Both the position numbers and the translations under genes were made by a program. The notes beneath the pieces were generated by a model that did no database searches, was not told the DNA's origin, and was given only the letters and a program-made list of their open reading frames with translations. From positions 5,179-69,178 of the forward strand of contig CAKORX010000003.1 of assembly GCA_934101645.1 (NCBI GenBank): a DNA stretch of 64,000 bases, in the 5' to 3' direction. Origin of the DNA: an uncultured Bacilli bacterium (lineage in GTDB: Bacteria > Bacillota_I > Bacilli_A > RF39 > UBA660). Below are positions 27,987 through 38,741 of the stretch, piece by piece (within the stretch, counting starts at the first letter, position 1; every line of letters starts with the position of its first letter).

Positions 27987-29780
27987 ATGAAATCAAATAT
28001 TAGAAACTTTTCGATTATTGCTCATATAGATCATGGTAAAAGTACTTTAGCAGATCGCTTTTTGGAACTAACAAAAACATATGAAAGTCGTAATAATGAA
28101 ACTCAAATTTTAGATAATATGGACCTTGAAAAAGAAAGAGGCATAACAATTAAGTTAAATGCCGTTTGTTTAGATTATGAATATAAAGGTGAAAAATATA
28201 CTTTAAACTTAATTGATACTCCGGGTCATGTAGATTTTTCATATGAAGTTTCTCGAAGTTTGGCAGCTTGCGAAGGGGCAATTTTAGTAGTTGATGCTTC
28301 TCAAGGAATTGAAGCACAAACTTTAGCTAATCTTTATTTAGCAATGGAAAATGATTTAACAATTATACCAGTTATTAACAAAATTGATTTACCAAATGCT
28401 AATACTGAAAAAGTAAAAAATGAATTAGTTAAAACCTTAGGATTTAAAGAAGACGAAATACTTCTTTGTAGTGCTAAAACCGGTTTAGGTGTTAAGGAAA
28501 TTTTAGATGCTGTTATTGAAAGAGTACAACCTCCGGTAATTAAGGAAAATGATAAATTACGTGCTTTAATTTTTGATAGTCATTTTGATTCTTACAGAGG
28601 TGTAGTTCTTCTTGTGAAGGTTATGGAAGGTAGCATTAAAGTAAAAGATAAAATTAAAATGATGCAAATGGATTCTGTTTTCGAAGTTACTGAAGTAGGA
28701 GTTAATAAAATTGTAAATAAGCCATTAGATAAACTTTCGAGCGGTATGGTTGGTTATGTAGCAGCCGCTATAAAAGATATATCAAAAGTAGCTGTTGGTG
28801 ATACTATTACTTTAGAAAGTAATCCGGCTTTAGAACCTTTACATGGATATAAAAAAATGAAGCCTATGGTTTTTTCAGGTATATTTCCTACAGAGGCAAA
28901 TAAATACGATGAGTTAAAAGATGCTTTAGAAAAATTAAAATTAAATGATGCATCTTTAACAATTAGTCCAGAAAATTCAATAGCTTTAGGCTTTGGTTTT
29001 AGAACAGGTTTTTTAGGACTTCTTCATATGGACATAGTTCTTACAAGACTAGAAAGAGAATTTAATCTAGAAACTATTGCCACAAGTCCATCAGTTGTCT
29101 ATAAAGTAGGACTTACCTCTGGTGATGAAATTGAAGTTTCTAGTCCAAATGAAATGCCTGAAAAAGTGAAAATTGCTTATATTAAAGAACCTTATATTTA
29201 TACAAATATTATAACGCCAACTGAGTTTATTGGTCCAATAATGACTCTTTGTCAAAATAAAAGAGGCATCTATGATGTAACTGAGTATCTAGATGAAACT
29301 AGAGTAAATATTCATTATTATATTCCTTTAGGAGAAATTATTTATGACTTTTATGATAAATTAAAAAGTACAACTAAAGGATATGCTTCTTTTGACTATG
29401 AAATGAGTGATTATAGAGAAAGTAAACTTGTTAAAATGGATATTTTATTAAATGGTCAAATTGTTGATGCATTATCAGTTATTGTCCATGAAGATTTTGC
29501 TTATAGTAAAGGTAGATATATTGTTACTAAACTTAGAAAAACAATTCCAAGACAGATGTTTGAAGTGCCTATTCAAGCAAGTATTGGTTCAAAAGTAATT
29601 GCAAGAGAAAATGTTAGTGCAATGAAAAAGAATGTGCTTGCTAAATGCTATGGTGGCGATGTATCTAGAAAAAGAAAACTATTAGAAAAACAAAAAGAGG
29701 GAAAGAAGAAAATGAAAATGATAGGTTCGGTAGAGGTTCCTAAAGAAGCATTTTTAAGCATTTTAAGTGATGAAGAATAA
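27987..29780 (+). CDS. lepA: elongation factor 4
   Basis: [29 protein letters not shown] and a C-terminal LepA-specific domain. The track ORF starts upstream at 27960. Confidence 0.95.
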   Translation: MKSNIRNFSIIAHIDHGKSTLADRFLELTKTYESRNNETQILDNMDLEKERGITIKLNAVCLDYEYKGEKYTLNLIDTPGHVDFSYEVSRSLAACEGAILVVDASQGIEAQTLANLYLAMENDLTIIPVINKIDLPNANTEKVKNELVKTLGFKEDEILLCSAKTGLGVKEILDAVIERVQPPVIKENDKLRALIFDSHFDSYRGVVLLVKVMEGSIKVKDKIKMMQMDSVFEVTEVGVNKIVNKPLDKLSSGMVGYVAAAIKDISKVAVGDTITLESNPALEPLHGYKKMKPMVFSGIFPTEANKYDELKDALEKLKLNDASLTISPENSIALGFGFRTGFLGLLHMDIVLTRLEREFNLETIATSPSVVYKVGLTSGDEIEVSSPNEMPEKVKIAYIKEPYIYTNIITPTEFIGPIMTLCQNKRGIYDVTEYLDETRVNIHYYIPLGEIIYDFYDKLKSTTKGYASFDYEMSDYRESKLVKMDILLNGQIVDALSVIVHEDFAYSKGRYIVTKLRKTIPRQMFEVPIQASIGSKVIARENVSAMKKNVLAKCYGGDVSRKRKLLEKQKEGKKKMKMIGSVEVPKEAFLSILSDEE

Positions 29781-29795
29781 GAAAGGTAGTAAATA

Positions 29796-30104
29796 ATGAG
29801 AAGTAAAAGTCAAGAAGAAGAGATGAAAATAAAAATTTTATTATTGAGTAAACTTTTTTTAGAAAGTAATTATTCTGATATAGAACTTTCTAATATTACA
29901 GGAATTAGCTCTTCGAGTGTGGGAAGATATCTTACAAGTCCATTTGCAATGGAAATTTTAGGACCAGAAACATTTAATTTTATAGCACAAAAACGTAGAG
30001 AGAATTTATATAATGCAAAAATCAAAGGTGGTCAAGTGTTTGCAAGACAAAATATTTTATTTAGAGAAGAAGACGGGAAAATCATAGGTAGTAAAAAAAG
30101 ATGA
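29796..30104 (+). CDS. hypothetical small protein with possible HTH
   Basis: 102 aa. ...LSNITGISSSSVGRYL... looks like a helix-turn-helix. Confidence 0.4.
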   Translation: MRSKSQEEEMKIKILLLSKLFLESNYSDIELSNITGISSSSVGRYLTSPFAMEILGPETFNFIAQKRRENLYNAKIKGGQVFARQNILFREEDGKIIGSKKR

Positions 30105-31186
30105 TAAAAAGTGCTTATGTGCATATACCATTTTGCAAAAGTATTTGTTCTTATTGTGATTTTTGTAAAATGCTTTATCACGAGAAATTTATAGAAGAGT
30201 ATTTATTAGCACTTACAAAAGAAATAAAAACAAATTATAAAAATGAACTTTTAGATACTCTTTATGTAGGTGGAGGAACGCCTTCGAGTTTAAGTATTAA
30301 GTTATTAACTAAATTATTAGATATCCTAAAAAACTTTAATCTTTCAGATAACTATGAATTTACTTTTGAATGTAACATATCTGATATTAATGAAGAGTTT
30401 TTAAAAGTTATAAAAAAATATAAAATAAATAGATTAAGTATTGGCATTGAGTCATTTGACGAAGAAAACCTAAAGTTTTTAAATAGAAAATCCACATATG
30501 ATGATGCTAAAGAAAAAATATCTTTATGTAAAAAATATGGTTTTAATAACATAAATGTTGATTTGATTTATGCACTTCCAAGTGAAAATATAAATACTTT
30601 AAAATCTGATTTGGATAAAATTATATCACTTGATGTTACTCATATAAGTACATATAGTTTAATGATTGAGCCAAATACATTGTTAAGTATTAAAAATATA
30701 AAACCTATAAATGAAAAATTAGATAAAAAAATGTATGATGTTATTTGTAAAACCTTAAAGGATAATGGTTTTAATCATTACGAAATCAGCAATTTTTCAA
30801 AACCAAACTATGAGTCAAAACATAATTTAGTTTATTGGCATAATGAAAAATATTATGGTTTTGGTTTAGGTGCTTCGGGATATATTCAAGATTTTAGATA
30901 TAATAATACAAAAAATTTTAAAAGTTATATAAGTGGTAAGTTTCTTAGTGATAAAGAAAGTATTGCTAATAAAGATAATATTTCCTATGGACTTATTTTA
31001 GGATTTAGATTAGTAAAAGGAATAAGTGTAAAAAATTTTTTCTCTAAATATGATGTTGATTTATTAGAAAATGAAAAAATTTTAAAGTTATTAAAAAATA
31101 AAAAATTAATTTTAAAAAATGGTTATTTGAGTATTAATAAAAAATATTTATATGTTGAAAATGAAATTTTAATAGAATTTATTTAA
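30101..31186 (+). CDS. hemW: radical SAM heme chaperone HemW (HemN-like, oxygen-independent coproporphyrinogen oxidase family)
   Basis: YVHIPFCKSICSYCDFC radical-SAM CxxxCxxC motif. 361 aa. Conserved position after lepA. Confidence 0.85.
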   Translation: MIKSAYVHIPFCKSICSYCDFCKMLYHEKFIEEYLLALTKEIKTNYKNELLDTLYVGGGTPSSLSIKLLTKLLDILKNFNLSDNYEFTFECNISDINEEFLKVIKKYKINRLSIGIESFDEENLKFLNRKSTYDDAKEKISLCKKYGFNNINVDLIYALPSENINTLKSDLDKIISLDVTHISTYSLMIEPNTLLSIKNIKPINEKLDKKMYDVICKTLKDNGFNHYEISNFSKPNYESKHNLVYWHNEKYYGFGLGASGYIQDFRYNNTKNFKSYISGKFLSDKESIANKDNISYGLILGFRLVKGISVKNFFSKYDVDLLENEKILKLLKNKKLILKNGYLSINKKYLYVENEILIEFI

Positions 31187-31204
31187 AAGGAGAAATTATA
31201 ATAA

Positions 31205-31597
31205 ATGCTTTATAATCTAGAAATATTAAATGGAGAAATAACTCCGCAGTTTAGTAGTGAAGTATTTAATTATGAAGTAAATGTAGATTCAAGTGCTTTA
31301 ACTTTAATCTTTAATTATGATACATGTGATACGTGTAATGTTACTGTATATGGAAATAATTTTCTTACAGAAGGTGAAAATCACGTTCTAATTGAGGTAT
31401 ATGACAAAGAACTTATTACCTATACATTAATCGTTAATAAAGAAAAGAAAAGTGAAAGCGTGTTTAGTGAAACAAATGATAAAGTTGAAATTAAAGTAAA
31501 TAATAATAAAGAAATATTTACTCCCTTAATTGGAGTAGTATGTTTTTTATCAATTTTGACATTATTTTATGTTATTTTTCATAAGAAAAAAGTATGA
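31205..31597 (+). CDS. hypothetical protein with C-terminal TM anchor
   Basis: 130-aa ORF. No motif. Confidence 0.35.
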   Translation: MLYNLEILNGEITPQFSSEVFNYEVNVDSSALTLIFNYDTCDTCNVTVYGNNFLTEGENHVLIEVYDKELITYTLIVNKEKKSESVFSETNDKVEIKVNNNKEIFTPLIGVVCFLSILTLFYVIFHKKKV

Positions 31598-32184
31598 ATG
31601 AATTTAAATTAATTGCACATAGGGGAATGCATTTTAATAAAAATGAAGAAAACACACTTTTTTCTTTTTTTAATGCTATAAATAATAATTATGAAGGATT
31701 TGAATGTGATGTAAGACAAACTAAAGATGAAAAATTAATTATTTATCATGATATTTTATATAAGGGAAAGATGCTAAGAAATATACTTTATAAAAATATC
31801 GATAATGCTTTACTTTTAGAAAATGTTTTAAAAATAAAAACAGATAAAATAATTTTGTTAGAAATAAAAGATCCTTTTATTAATATAGAAAAACTTAAGG
31901 ATTTATTATTTAAATATAAAAATAAAAATATTTATGTTATGTCATTTCATGATAGTATAATTGATAAACTTAATGTAACTGGCAAAACTTATAAAGTCGG
32001 TGTTCTTAATTATGTACTAAATACAAATAAATCACATTTTAAATACGATTTTATTTGCATATTAAATACACTTTTAAATCAGAAAACTATAGATTATATT
32101 TTTTCTAATAAACAAGAATTATTTATTTATGGTATAAAAGAAAATAAATTTACTTATAAATGGCCTTATTATATTGTAAATTAA
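31594..32184 (+). CDS. glycerophosphodiester phosphodiesterase-family protein
   Basis: LIAHRG...FECDVRQTKD..LIIYHD are GDPD catalytic motifs. 196 aa. Confidence 0.7.
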   Translation: MNEFKLIAHRGMHFNKNEENTLFSFFNAINNNYEGFECDVRQTKDEKLIIYHDILYKGKMLRNILYKNIDNALLLENVLKIKTDKIILLEIKDPFINIEKLKDLLFKYKNKNIYVMSFHDSIIDKLNVTGKTYKVGVLNYVLNTNKSHFKYDFICILNTLLNQKTIDYIFSNKQELFIYGIKENKFTYKWPYYIVN

Positions 32185-32238
32185 AGTAAAATTTAGTAAA
32201 ATTATTTTAGAATAGAAAAGGGAGTAGAAAGGTTCATA

Positions 32239-33624
32239 ATGGTATTTTCAAGCATTTCATTTTTATATTATTTTTTGCCAGTATTTTTAATTTTATATTT
32301 CTTAACTCCTATAAAATATAGAAATATTACTTTATTAATTGGTAGTTTATTATTTTATTTTTATGGAGAGCAAAGATATTTTTATATAATTATTTTAATG
32401 GGGCTAATAAATTATTTAATAGGAAATAAGTTATCAAAAAGTAAAAATAAGTTTATTTTAACTATTGGAATTTTAATAAATATCTTAGTATTATTTTATT
32501 TTAAATATTATGATTTTTTTGTTCAAAATTTTAATAATATATTTGGCTTTAATATAAGTTTTTTAAATATTATAATTCCTTTAGGGATAAGTTTTTTTGC
32601 TTTTAAAAATATAAGTTATATCGCTGATATTTATAATGGTAAAATTCAAAAGGCTAAAAATTTATTTTATTATTTAACTTATTTAGTAATGTTTCCAAGC
32701 TTAGTACAAGGACCTATCGTTAGGTATGAAACAGTTTCTGAAGAGTTAGAAAAAAGAAGTAGTTCATTTAATTTATTTTCTAAAGGTGTTTCAAGATTTG
32801 TAATTGGTCTTTCTAAAAAAGTTATTTTAGCAGATACCTTAGGAAAGTTTATAAGTAGTTTAAGTTTAATTGAAAGTCAAACAGTACTTTCTGCTTGGTT
32901 AAAAGCAATTTGTGATATCACTAGATTATATTTAGATTTTTCTGGTTATAGTGATATGGCAATTGGACTTGGATTAATGTTAGGCTTTCACTTTTTGGAA
33001 AACTTTAATTATCCATTTTGTGCAAGTTCACTTACAGACTTTTGGCGTAGATGGCATATTTCATTATCAAGTTTCTTCAAAGACTATATTTATATTCCTT
33101 TAGGAGGAAGTAGGGTTAATAAATTTAGAAAATATTTAAATATTTTTATTGTTTGGTTTGTTACAGGCCTTTGGCATGGAGCAAGTTGGAATTTTATTTT
33201 GTGGGGATTATATTTTGGTATATTTTTGGTAATAGAAAAGAAATTATTTTATAAATTTTTTCAAAAACATAAAATACTAGGAAATATTTGGACCAATATT
33301 TTGGTTATTATAGGATTTGTTATGTTTTATCAATATAATATTTCTGATATAACAAAATTACTTGGTTTAATGTTTGGTAAAAATGCTTCTTTAGTAAACA
33401 TAGAAACTATTTATTATTTGAAAAATTATTTAATTTTATTAATTATTTCTTTTATATGCTGTACGCCACTTATAAAAAATTTAATTTTAAAATTAAGAAA
33501 AAACAAGAAGTGGAATGTGATTATAAATATATTAGAACCTATTTCATATATAGTGCTTCTTATTATTTGTACATCATTTATAATTGATGCATCATCAAGT
33601 CCATTTTTGTATTTTAGGTTTTAA
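32239..33624 (+). CDS. MBOAT-family membrane O-acyltransferase (AlgI/DltB-like)
   Basis: 461 aa polytopic protein with ...FWRRWHISLSSFFKDYIYIPLGGSR... and ...TGLWHGASWNF... containing the conserved MBOAT His. Confidence 0.85.
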   Translation: MVFSSISFLYYFLPVFLILYFLTPIKYRNITLLIGSLLFYFYGEQRYFYIIILMGLINYLIGNKLSKSKNKFILTIGILINILVLFYFKYYDFFVQNFNNIFGFNISFLNIIIPLGISFFAFKNISYIADIYNGKIQKAKNLFYYLTYLVMFPSLVQGPIVRYETVSEELEKRSSSFNLFSKGVSRFVIGLSKKVILADTLGKFISSLSLIESQTVLSAWLKAICDITRLYLDFSGYSDMAIGLGLMLGFHFLENFNYPFCASSLTDFWRRWHISLSSFFKDYIYIPLGGSRVNKFRKYLNIFIVWFVTGLWHGASWNFILWGLYFGIFLVIEKKLFYKFFQKHKILGNIWTNILVIIGFVMFYQYNISDITKLLGLMFGKNASLVNIETIYYLKNYLILLIISFICCTPLIKNLILKLRKNKKWNVIINILEPISYIVLLIICTSFIIDASSSPFLYFRF

Positions 33625-33633
33625 GAGGTTAAT

Positions 33634-34728
33634 ATGAAAGAAAAAATTGTATCAATTTTATTTGTATCTATGTTGTTAGTTTTAGGCTTAGGAAGTATTA
33701 TTGCCAAAGATAATGATATTTCATATAAAGAAAGAAGAACTTTAACAAAAATGCCTTCATTAAATTTAAAAAGTATTTTTTCTGGTGATAATTATTTTGA
33801 AAATTTAACAAATTATTTTAATGATCAATTTATTTTCAGAGATAATTTTAAGTCTTTGAAAGGAATTACAACAAGCAAAATATTTGTTATGAAAGAAAAT
33901 AATGGTATATATGAAAAAGACAATTATTTATTTCAAATGGATACAAATGTAAATAAAAAGTCAATCGATAATTTATTAAATAAAATAAAATATATTGATA
34001 ATACTTATTTAGATAATCAAAACAAATATTTTGTAATGATTCCAGATAAAAATTATTATTTAGATGATGAAAATATTCCTAAAATAGGGTATAATACTAT
34101 TATAGATAGTCTAAAAAATGGGCTACCTAATGATGTTAAATGGATTGACATAACAAAATCTTTAACTTTAGATTCATATTATAGAACTGATATTCATTTT
34201 AAAGAAAATAAACTAAGTGATGTAGTAAAAACTTTATCTAATAATATGAATTTTGAAAGTAGTAATACTAATTATACTTTAAAAAAATATTATCCATTTT
34301 ATGGTGCACTTTATGGAAAGGTTGCTAGCAATATTAAAGCAGATGAAATTGAATATTTAACAAATGATGTTATTAATAATGCTAGCGTTTATAATTATGA
34401 AAAAAATAGAGTAGAAAAAGTATATATGGAAGATTACTTAAAAAATGTTGATAGTTATGATGTATTTTTATCAGGAGCAACACCACTTTTAATTATTGAA
34501 AATGAATTTAATGATTCAGGAAAAGAACTTGTAATGTTTAGAGATTCTTTTGCTAGTTCATTAACACCTTTATTAATTGAAAGTTATTCTAAAATAGTAA
34601 TGGTTGATTTAAGATATGTTAGTAGTAAATATCTAGAAAAAATTAATGAATTTTCTGTTAAAGAAGATGCAGATGTTATGTTTATTTATAGTACAGTTAT
34701 TATTAATAATAGTTTTTCTTTAAAGTAG
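33634..34728 (+). CDS. DHHW/AlgJ-like extracytoplasmic protein (putative O-acyltransfer partner of the MBOAT protein)
   Basis: N-terminal signal anchor. YYRTDIHF motif in the position of the DHHW signature. Genes of this type are usually adjacent to MBOAT genes. Confidence 0.55.
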   Translation: MKEKIVSILFVSMLLVLGLGSIIAKDNDISYKERRTLTKMPSLNLKSIFSGDNYFENLTNYFNDQFIFRDNFKSLKGITTSKIFVMKENNGIYEKDNYLFQMDTNVNKKSIDNLLNKIKYIDNTYLDNQNKYFVMIPDKNYYLDDENIPKIGYNTIIDSLKNGLPNDVKWIDITKSLTLDSYYRTDIHFKENKLSDVVKTLSNNMNFESSNTNYTLKKYYPFYGALYGKVASNIKADEIEYLTNDVINNASVYNYEKNRVEKVYMEDYLKNVDSYDVFLSGATPLLIIENEFNDSGKELVMFRDSFASSLTPLLIESYSKIVMVDLRYVSSKYLEKINEFSVKEDADVMFIYSTVIINNSFSLK

Positions 34729-34744
34729 TAAGGAGTGTGGGTAT

Positions 34745-35215
34745 ATGAAGAAAAAAATTAGTTTAGTATTACTTGTAATTATGGTTACTTTATTATGTTC
34801 AGCATGTGGTAAGAAAGAAGAAAACATAAAAGGAAACTTACCAGATTTAATGAATAAATTATATGAAAATCTTGATGGTTTTTCCACTGAAAATTTACAG
34901 CAGGTAGCATTTACAAAAGATGAACAAGAATATTTTATCGGAGATGTTTCATTTGATTATAAAGACGCATTAGCAAGTGAACCAGTTATGTCTTCGGTAG
35001 CTCATTCAGTTGTTTTAATTAGATTAAATTCTTCGAAAGATGCAGAAAAAGCTAAAAAAGAAATAAAAGAAAAAGTAAATCCTAGAAAATGGATATGCGT
35101 TGAAGTCGAAGAGAAAAATGTAATTGTCGAAAGCAGAGGCGATTTAGTACTTTTAGCAATGGATAATCAGTATTCTGGAGCTATTAAAGAAAATTTTCTA
35201 AATTTAAAAAATTAA
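34745..35215 (+). CDS. DUF4358-like lipoprotein
   Basis: Lipobox LLCSAC|G. 156 aa. The family is typically co-located with MBOAT/DHHW genes. Confidence 0.55.
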   Translation: MKKKISLVLLVIMVTLLCSACGKKEENIKGNLPDLMNKLYENLDGFSTENLQQVAFTKDEQEYFIGDVSFDYKDALASEPVMSSVAHSVVLIRLNSSKDAEKAKKEIKEKVNPRKWICVEVEEKNVIVESRGDLVLLAMDNQYSGAIKENFLNLKN

Positions 35216-35305
35216 AGTAAATATTGTAAAAAAATTGTATAACAAAGCAGGGCAACTTGCTTTTTTTTATAAAAAAGATTATTCTAATTATGAAGGATGT
35301 TTTTT

Positions 35306-36223
35306 ATGGAAAAACAAATTAAATTAAAAAAGAACATTATTATATTTTATGTTTTACTTTTTCTAATAGTATTTATATCTATTATAGTTTTGTTTTTGAA
35401 AAATATTTTAATAAAGAGTAATTTTACAAATAAAAGTGATAATTCAAATAATATTGTAAAGGTAGAAAATAATACAGTAGAAAATATTCCAAGTGAAAGT
35501 GTAGAAAATAAAACTCCTACAGAAAATGATAACAAAACTTTAGATGACAATAAAAATGTGACAGATAATGAACCTACTGTAGATAATAAAACAAGTCCTA
35601 CTGAAAATGAAACTCCTTCAGTTACTAAACCAAATTCTACATATGTTCAAGATGAATTTTTAATTGATGATATAACTAACGAAGATGCTAAAAATATCTT
35701 TATTGAAAAGCATGCTATGGTAGTTGGTGATTCAATGGGAGAAGGATTAGATTGCTATAAAGTACTTAATTCAGAAAGTGTTGTATGGGCTCGCGGAAGA
35801 AGAATTGATACAATGAAAAATGATTTAGATAAGGTAATTACATATAATCCAAAATTTTTATTTCTATCTTATGGTGCAAATGATATAAAATCATGGTCAT
35901 ATAATTATGATGGTTGGATTAATAAATATAGAGAAGTTATATTAATGATACAAAGTGCTCTTCCAGAAACAAAGATAATTGTAAATTCTGTTTTACCTGT
36001 GGGGGATTATGCTTTACAAAGTGATCCATCATTTACTTATCAAGAAACATATAATGAAAAACTTAAAGAATTAGCCAAAGAACTTGGTATTCAGTTTTTG
36101 GAAAATGGTGTTTATTTAAATGATCGAGTAAATTCTTTTTCATCAGATGGTGTTCATCCAAAAGCCAGCTTCTTCTTTTTATGGGGAAGACACATGGCAA
36201 GTTATTTAAAAAGTGTAAACTAA
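35306..36223 (+). CDS. SGNH/GDSL-family hydrolase, membrane-anchored with low-complexity linker
   Basis: N-terminal TM, N/T/E-rich linker, then VVGDSMGEGL (GDS block I) and C-terminal DGVHP (block V). GAAGGA RBS lies before ATG 35306. Confidence 0.7.
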   Translation: MEKQIKLKKNIIIFYVLLFLIVFISIIVLFLKNILIKSNFTNKSDNSNNIVKVENNTVENIPSESVENKTPTENDNKTLDDNKNVTDNEPTVDNKTSPTENETPSVTKPNSTYVQDEFLIDDITNEDAKNIFIEKHAMVVGDSMGEGLDCYKVLNSESVVWARGRRIDTMKNDLDKVITYNPKFLFLSYGANDIKSWSYNYDGWINKYREVILMIQSALPETKIIVNSVLPVGDYALQSDPSFTYQETYNEKLKELAKELGIQFLENGVYLNDRVNSFSSDGVHPKASFFFLWGRHMASYLKSVN

Positions 36224-36290
36224 AGTAAACTGAAAATAAATAATTTTTCAGTTTTTCTTTTTTATGCTATTATAAATATGGTGGTAAAAT

Positions 36291-37316
36291 ATGAAATGTG
36301 TAAAATTAACAGGTGTTAAAAATTTAAATGTAGCACAAGAAAATGAAATTGTAAGTGATGGCAAAAAAGTAATTTTTAAAGTAGATACTTGCGGTATTTG
36401 TGGTTCTGATATACATTATTGGGATATGGGTCAACCTGAAGGCTTAGTAATGGGTCATGAATTTTGTGGAACAGTTGTCGATCCTGGTAGTAGAGCTGAT
36501 TTAAAAATTGGTGATAGAATAACAGGACTTCCAATTTCTCCATGTGGAAAATGTGATGCTTGTAAAAGTGGAAATCCTCAGTATTGTCCTGAAACATGGG
36601 CTCATGCAGTAGGACTTTCTTTAGATTATCCTGGTGCATATGCGCAAATGTCAAGTTGCCATCCAGATATGGTTAGAAAACTTCCAGATAATGTTTCAAA
36701 CGAAGAGGCTTGTATGGTAGAACCTTCAGCAGTAAGTTTACATGGTATTGGTCTTGCAAACATTAATGTAGGTGACAAAGTTGCCATAATTGGTGGCGGA
36801 ATTATTGGCCTTATGGCTGCAGAATTTGCTAAAATGGCAGGAGCTACATATATAGCGCTTCTTGAAACAAATGAAAATCGTGGAAAGAAGGCTTTAAAAT
36901 TTGGCTGTGTTGATGAATATTTCAATGCTTTAGATGAAAATCTAGTTCCTATGTTAAAAGAAAAAACTGCTGGTGGATTTGATAAAGTTATTGATTGCTG
37001 TGGTAATTCTGCTGCAGTAAGTGAAGCTATAATGATAACTAAAAATGGTGGAACAATAGTTTTAGTTGGTGTTTCAATGGCGCCAATAACAATTCCAACT
37101 GTAGTATCTGTTATGGGTGAAATAACTATGAAAGGTTCAATTGCATATACTGAGTTTGATTTTGATAGAACTATTAAATTAATTGCAGATGGCAAATTAA
37201 ATGTAAAGAAATATATTGACGACATAATACCTTTAGAAAAAGCTCAAGAAGCTTTTGAAAGATTAACATCAGGAACCGATGATGCAATTAAAATTATTTT
37301 TAAACCAAATAATTAA
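36291..37316 (+). CDS. zinc-dependent alcohol dehydrogenase, MDR family (sorbitol/threonine dehydrogenase-like)
   Basis: GICGSDIHYW...GHEFCG zinc motif, second Cys4 zinc site (CGKCDACKSGNPQYC) and GGGIIG Rossmann motif. Confidence 0.85.
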   Translation: MKCVKLTGVKNLNVAQENEIVSDGKKVIFKVDTCGICGSDIHYWDMGQPEGLVMGHEFCGTVVDPGSRADLKIGDRITGLPISPCGKCDACKSGNPQYCPETWAHAVGLSLDYPGAYAQMSSCHPDMVRKLPDNVSNEEACMVEPSAVSLHGIGLANINVGDKVAIIGGGIIGLMAAEFAKMAGATYIALLETNENRGKKALKFGCVDEYFNALDENLVPMLKEKTAGGFDKVIDCCGNSAAVSEAIMITKNGGTIVLVGVSMAPITIPTVVSVMGEITMKGSIAYTEFDFDRTIKLIADGKLNVKKYIDDIIPLEKAQEAFERLTSGTDDAIKIIFKPNN

Positions 37317-37393
37317 TCAACATATTTAAAAAAGTGTTTATTTACATAAAAATTTTAAATTTGTACAATTATAATAGAAAGGAGAAAAAATAT

Positions 37394-37942
37394 ATGTTAG
37401 AAAAATTTAATAAATTTTTATATTCATCAATAATATTATCAGTATTAATGTTTGTTTTAGGATTAATATTTATGATTTACCCAAATGTATCATTTTCAGT
37501 AATTACTTATATAGTAGCTGTATTTCTAATTATTAATGGAATTTACTTTATTATAGAGAAAGATACAAGTTTGTTTTTCTCAGGTTTCCTAACTTTAGGA
37601 GTCCTAGAATTATTAATGGGAATTATAATGATTATTAATCCTCAGATAGTTAAAACATTATTTCCTATAGTAGTAGGAATATCAATGGTTGTAAAATCTG
37701 CTCTTGATTTAAGAATATCTTTATTATTAAGCGGTAGTGGTTACAAAAATTGGCTAATTCTATTTATATGTTCACTTCTTTCAATTATCTGTGGAATTTA
37801 TATTATAATAAATCCAGGTATTGGAAGTGAAGTAATAACTACTTATGTTGGTATAGTAATAATGGTTTATGCAGTATCAAATATTATAGATACAATTATC
37901 TTTAAAAAGAATGTAAATGATATAGTTAAACTTTTAAAATAG
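37394..37942 (+). CDS. HdeD/DUF308-family membrane protein
   Basis: Six-TM repeat pattern typical of DUF308. AGGAG RBS lies before ATG 37394. Confidence 0.65.
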   Translation: MLEKFNKFLYSSIILSVLMFVLGLIFMIYPNVSFSVITYIVAVFLIINGIYFIIEKDTSLFFSGFLTLGVLELLMGIIMIINPQIVKTLFPIVVGISMVVKSALDLRISLLLSGSGYKNWLILFICSLLSIICGIYIIINPGIGSEVITTYVGIVIMVYAVSNIIDTIIFKKNVNDIVKLLK

Positions 37943-38018
37943 GTTAAAAAACCTATTTTTTTTATAATTTAAGGTTTATTTAATAAATAAAATCTATTAT
38001 AATTTTTGTAGGTGAAAT

Positions 38019-38675
38019 ATGAAAATACTTTTAATTGAAGATGAACAATCACTTGTTAAAATTATAAAATAAACATTAGAAAATTCTAAATTTGAAGTAG
38101 ATTTTTCCTTAGATGGACTTATAGGGTATGAAAAAGCATTAAGCAATGAATACGATTTGATAATTTTAGATGTAATGCTTCCAAATAAAAACGGATTTGA
38201 TATTTTGAGTGATTTAAGAAAAAATAATATTACTAGTAAAATTATTATGCTTACTGCACTATCTAGTTTGGAAAATAAAATTGATGGGTTTAACAAAGGC
38301 ACAGATGATTATTTAACAAAGCCTTTCCATATTGAAGAGCTTATTGTGAGAATTAATAAACAACTTAATTTAATTAATTATAAAATTTCTTATGAGGATA
38401 TTTATTTAGATAAATCTAATAAAAAATTAATAAATGAAAAGACTAATGAAAGTGTTGACTTAGTTTGTAAAGAATATAAACTTTTAGAATATTTAATAAA
38501 TAATCAAATCATGATACTTTCAAAAGAGCAGATATACGATAAAGTGTGGGGTATTGAAAATGAAAGTGAATCAAATAATATTGAAGCATATATGTCATTT
38601 TTAAGAAAAAAACTAAAATCAATAGCTTCAAGTGTAACTATAAAGTCCTATCAAAATTTAGGCTATAAATTGGAA
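38019..38675 (+). pseudogene. OmpR-family response regulator with in-frame TAA at codon 18
   Basis: MKILLIEDEQSLVKIIK-TAA(38070-38072)-TLENSKFEVDFSLDGLIGYEKAL..YDLIILDVMLP...LTKPF... gives a receiver domain. A winged helix ending ...IKSYQNLGYKLE follows. The whole reading is in one frame. Confidence 0.7.
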
Positions 38676-38741
38676 GCTCAAAATGAGAAAGTTAAAAAGA
38701 AAATAGAAAATTCTTTGAAAGATATAAAAGAAAATAATTTA

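Noticed and set aside
36376-37225. Two minus-strand ORFs (92 and 199 aa) inside the alcohol dehydrogenase gene
   Set aside because: They are antisense to a high-confidence ADH gene. The 199-aa product is P/I/S-rich with no motif, a classic shadow ORF of a GC-richer gene.
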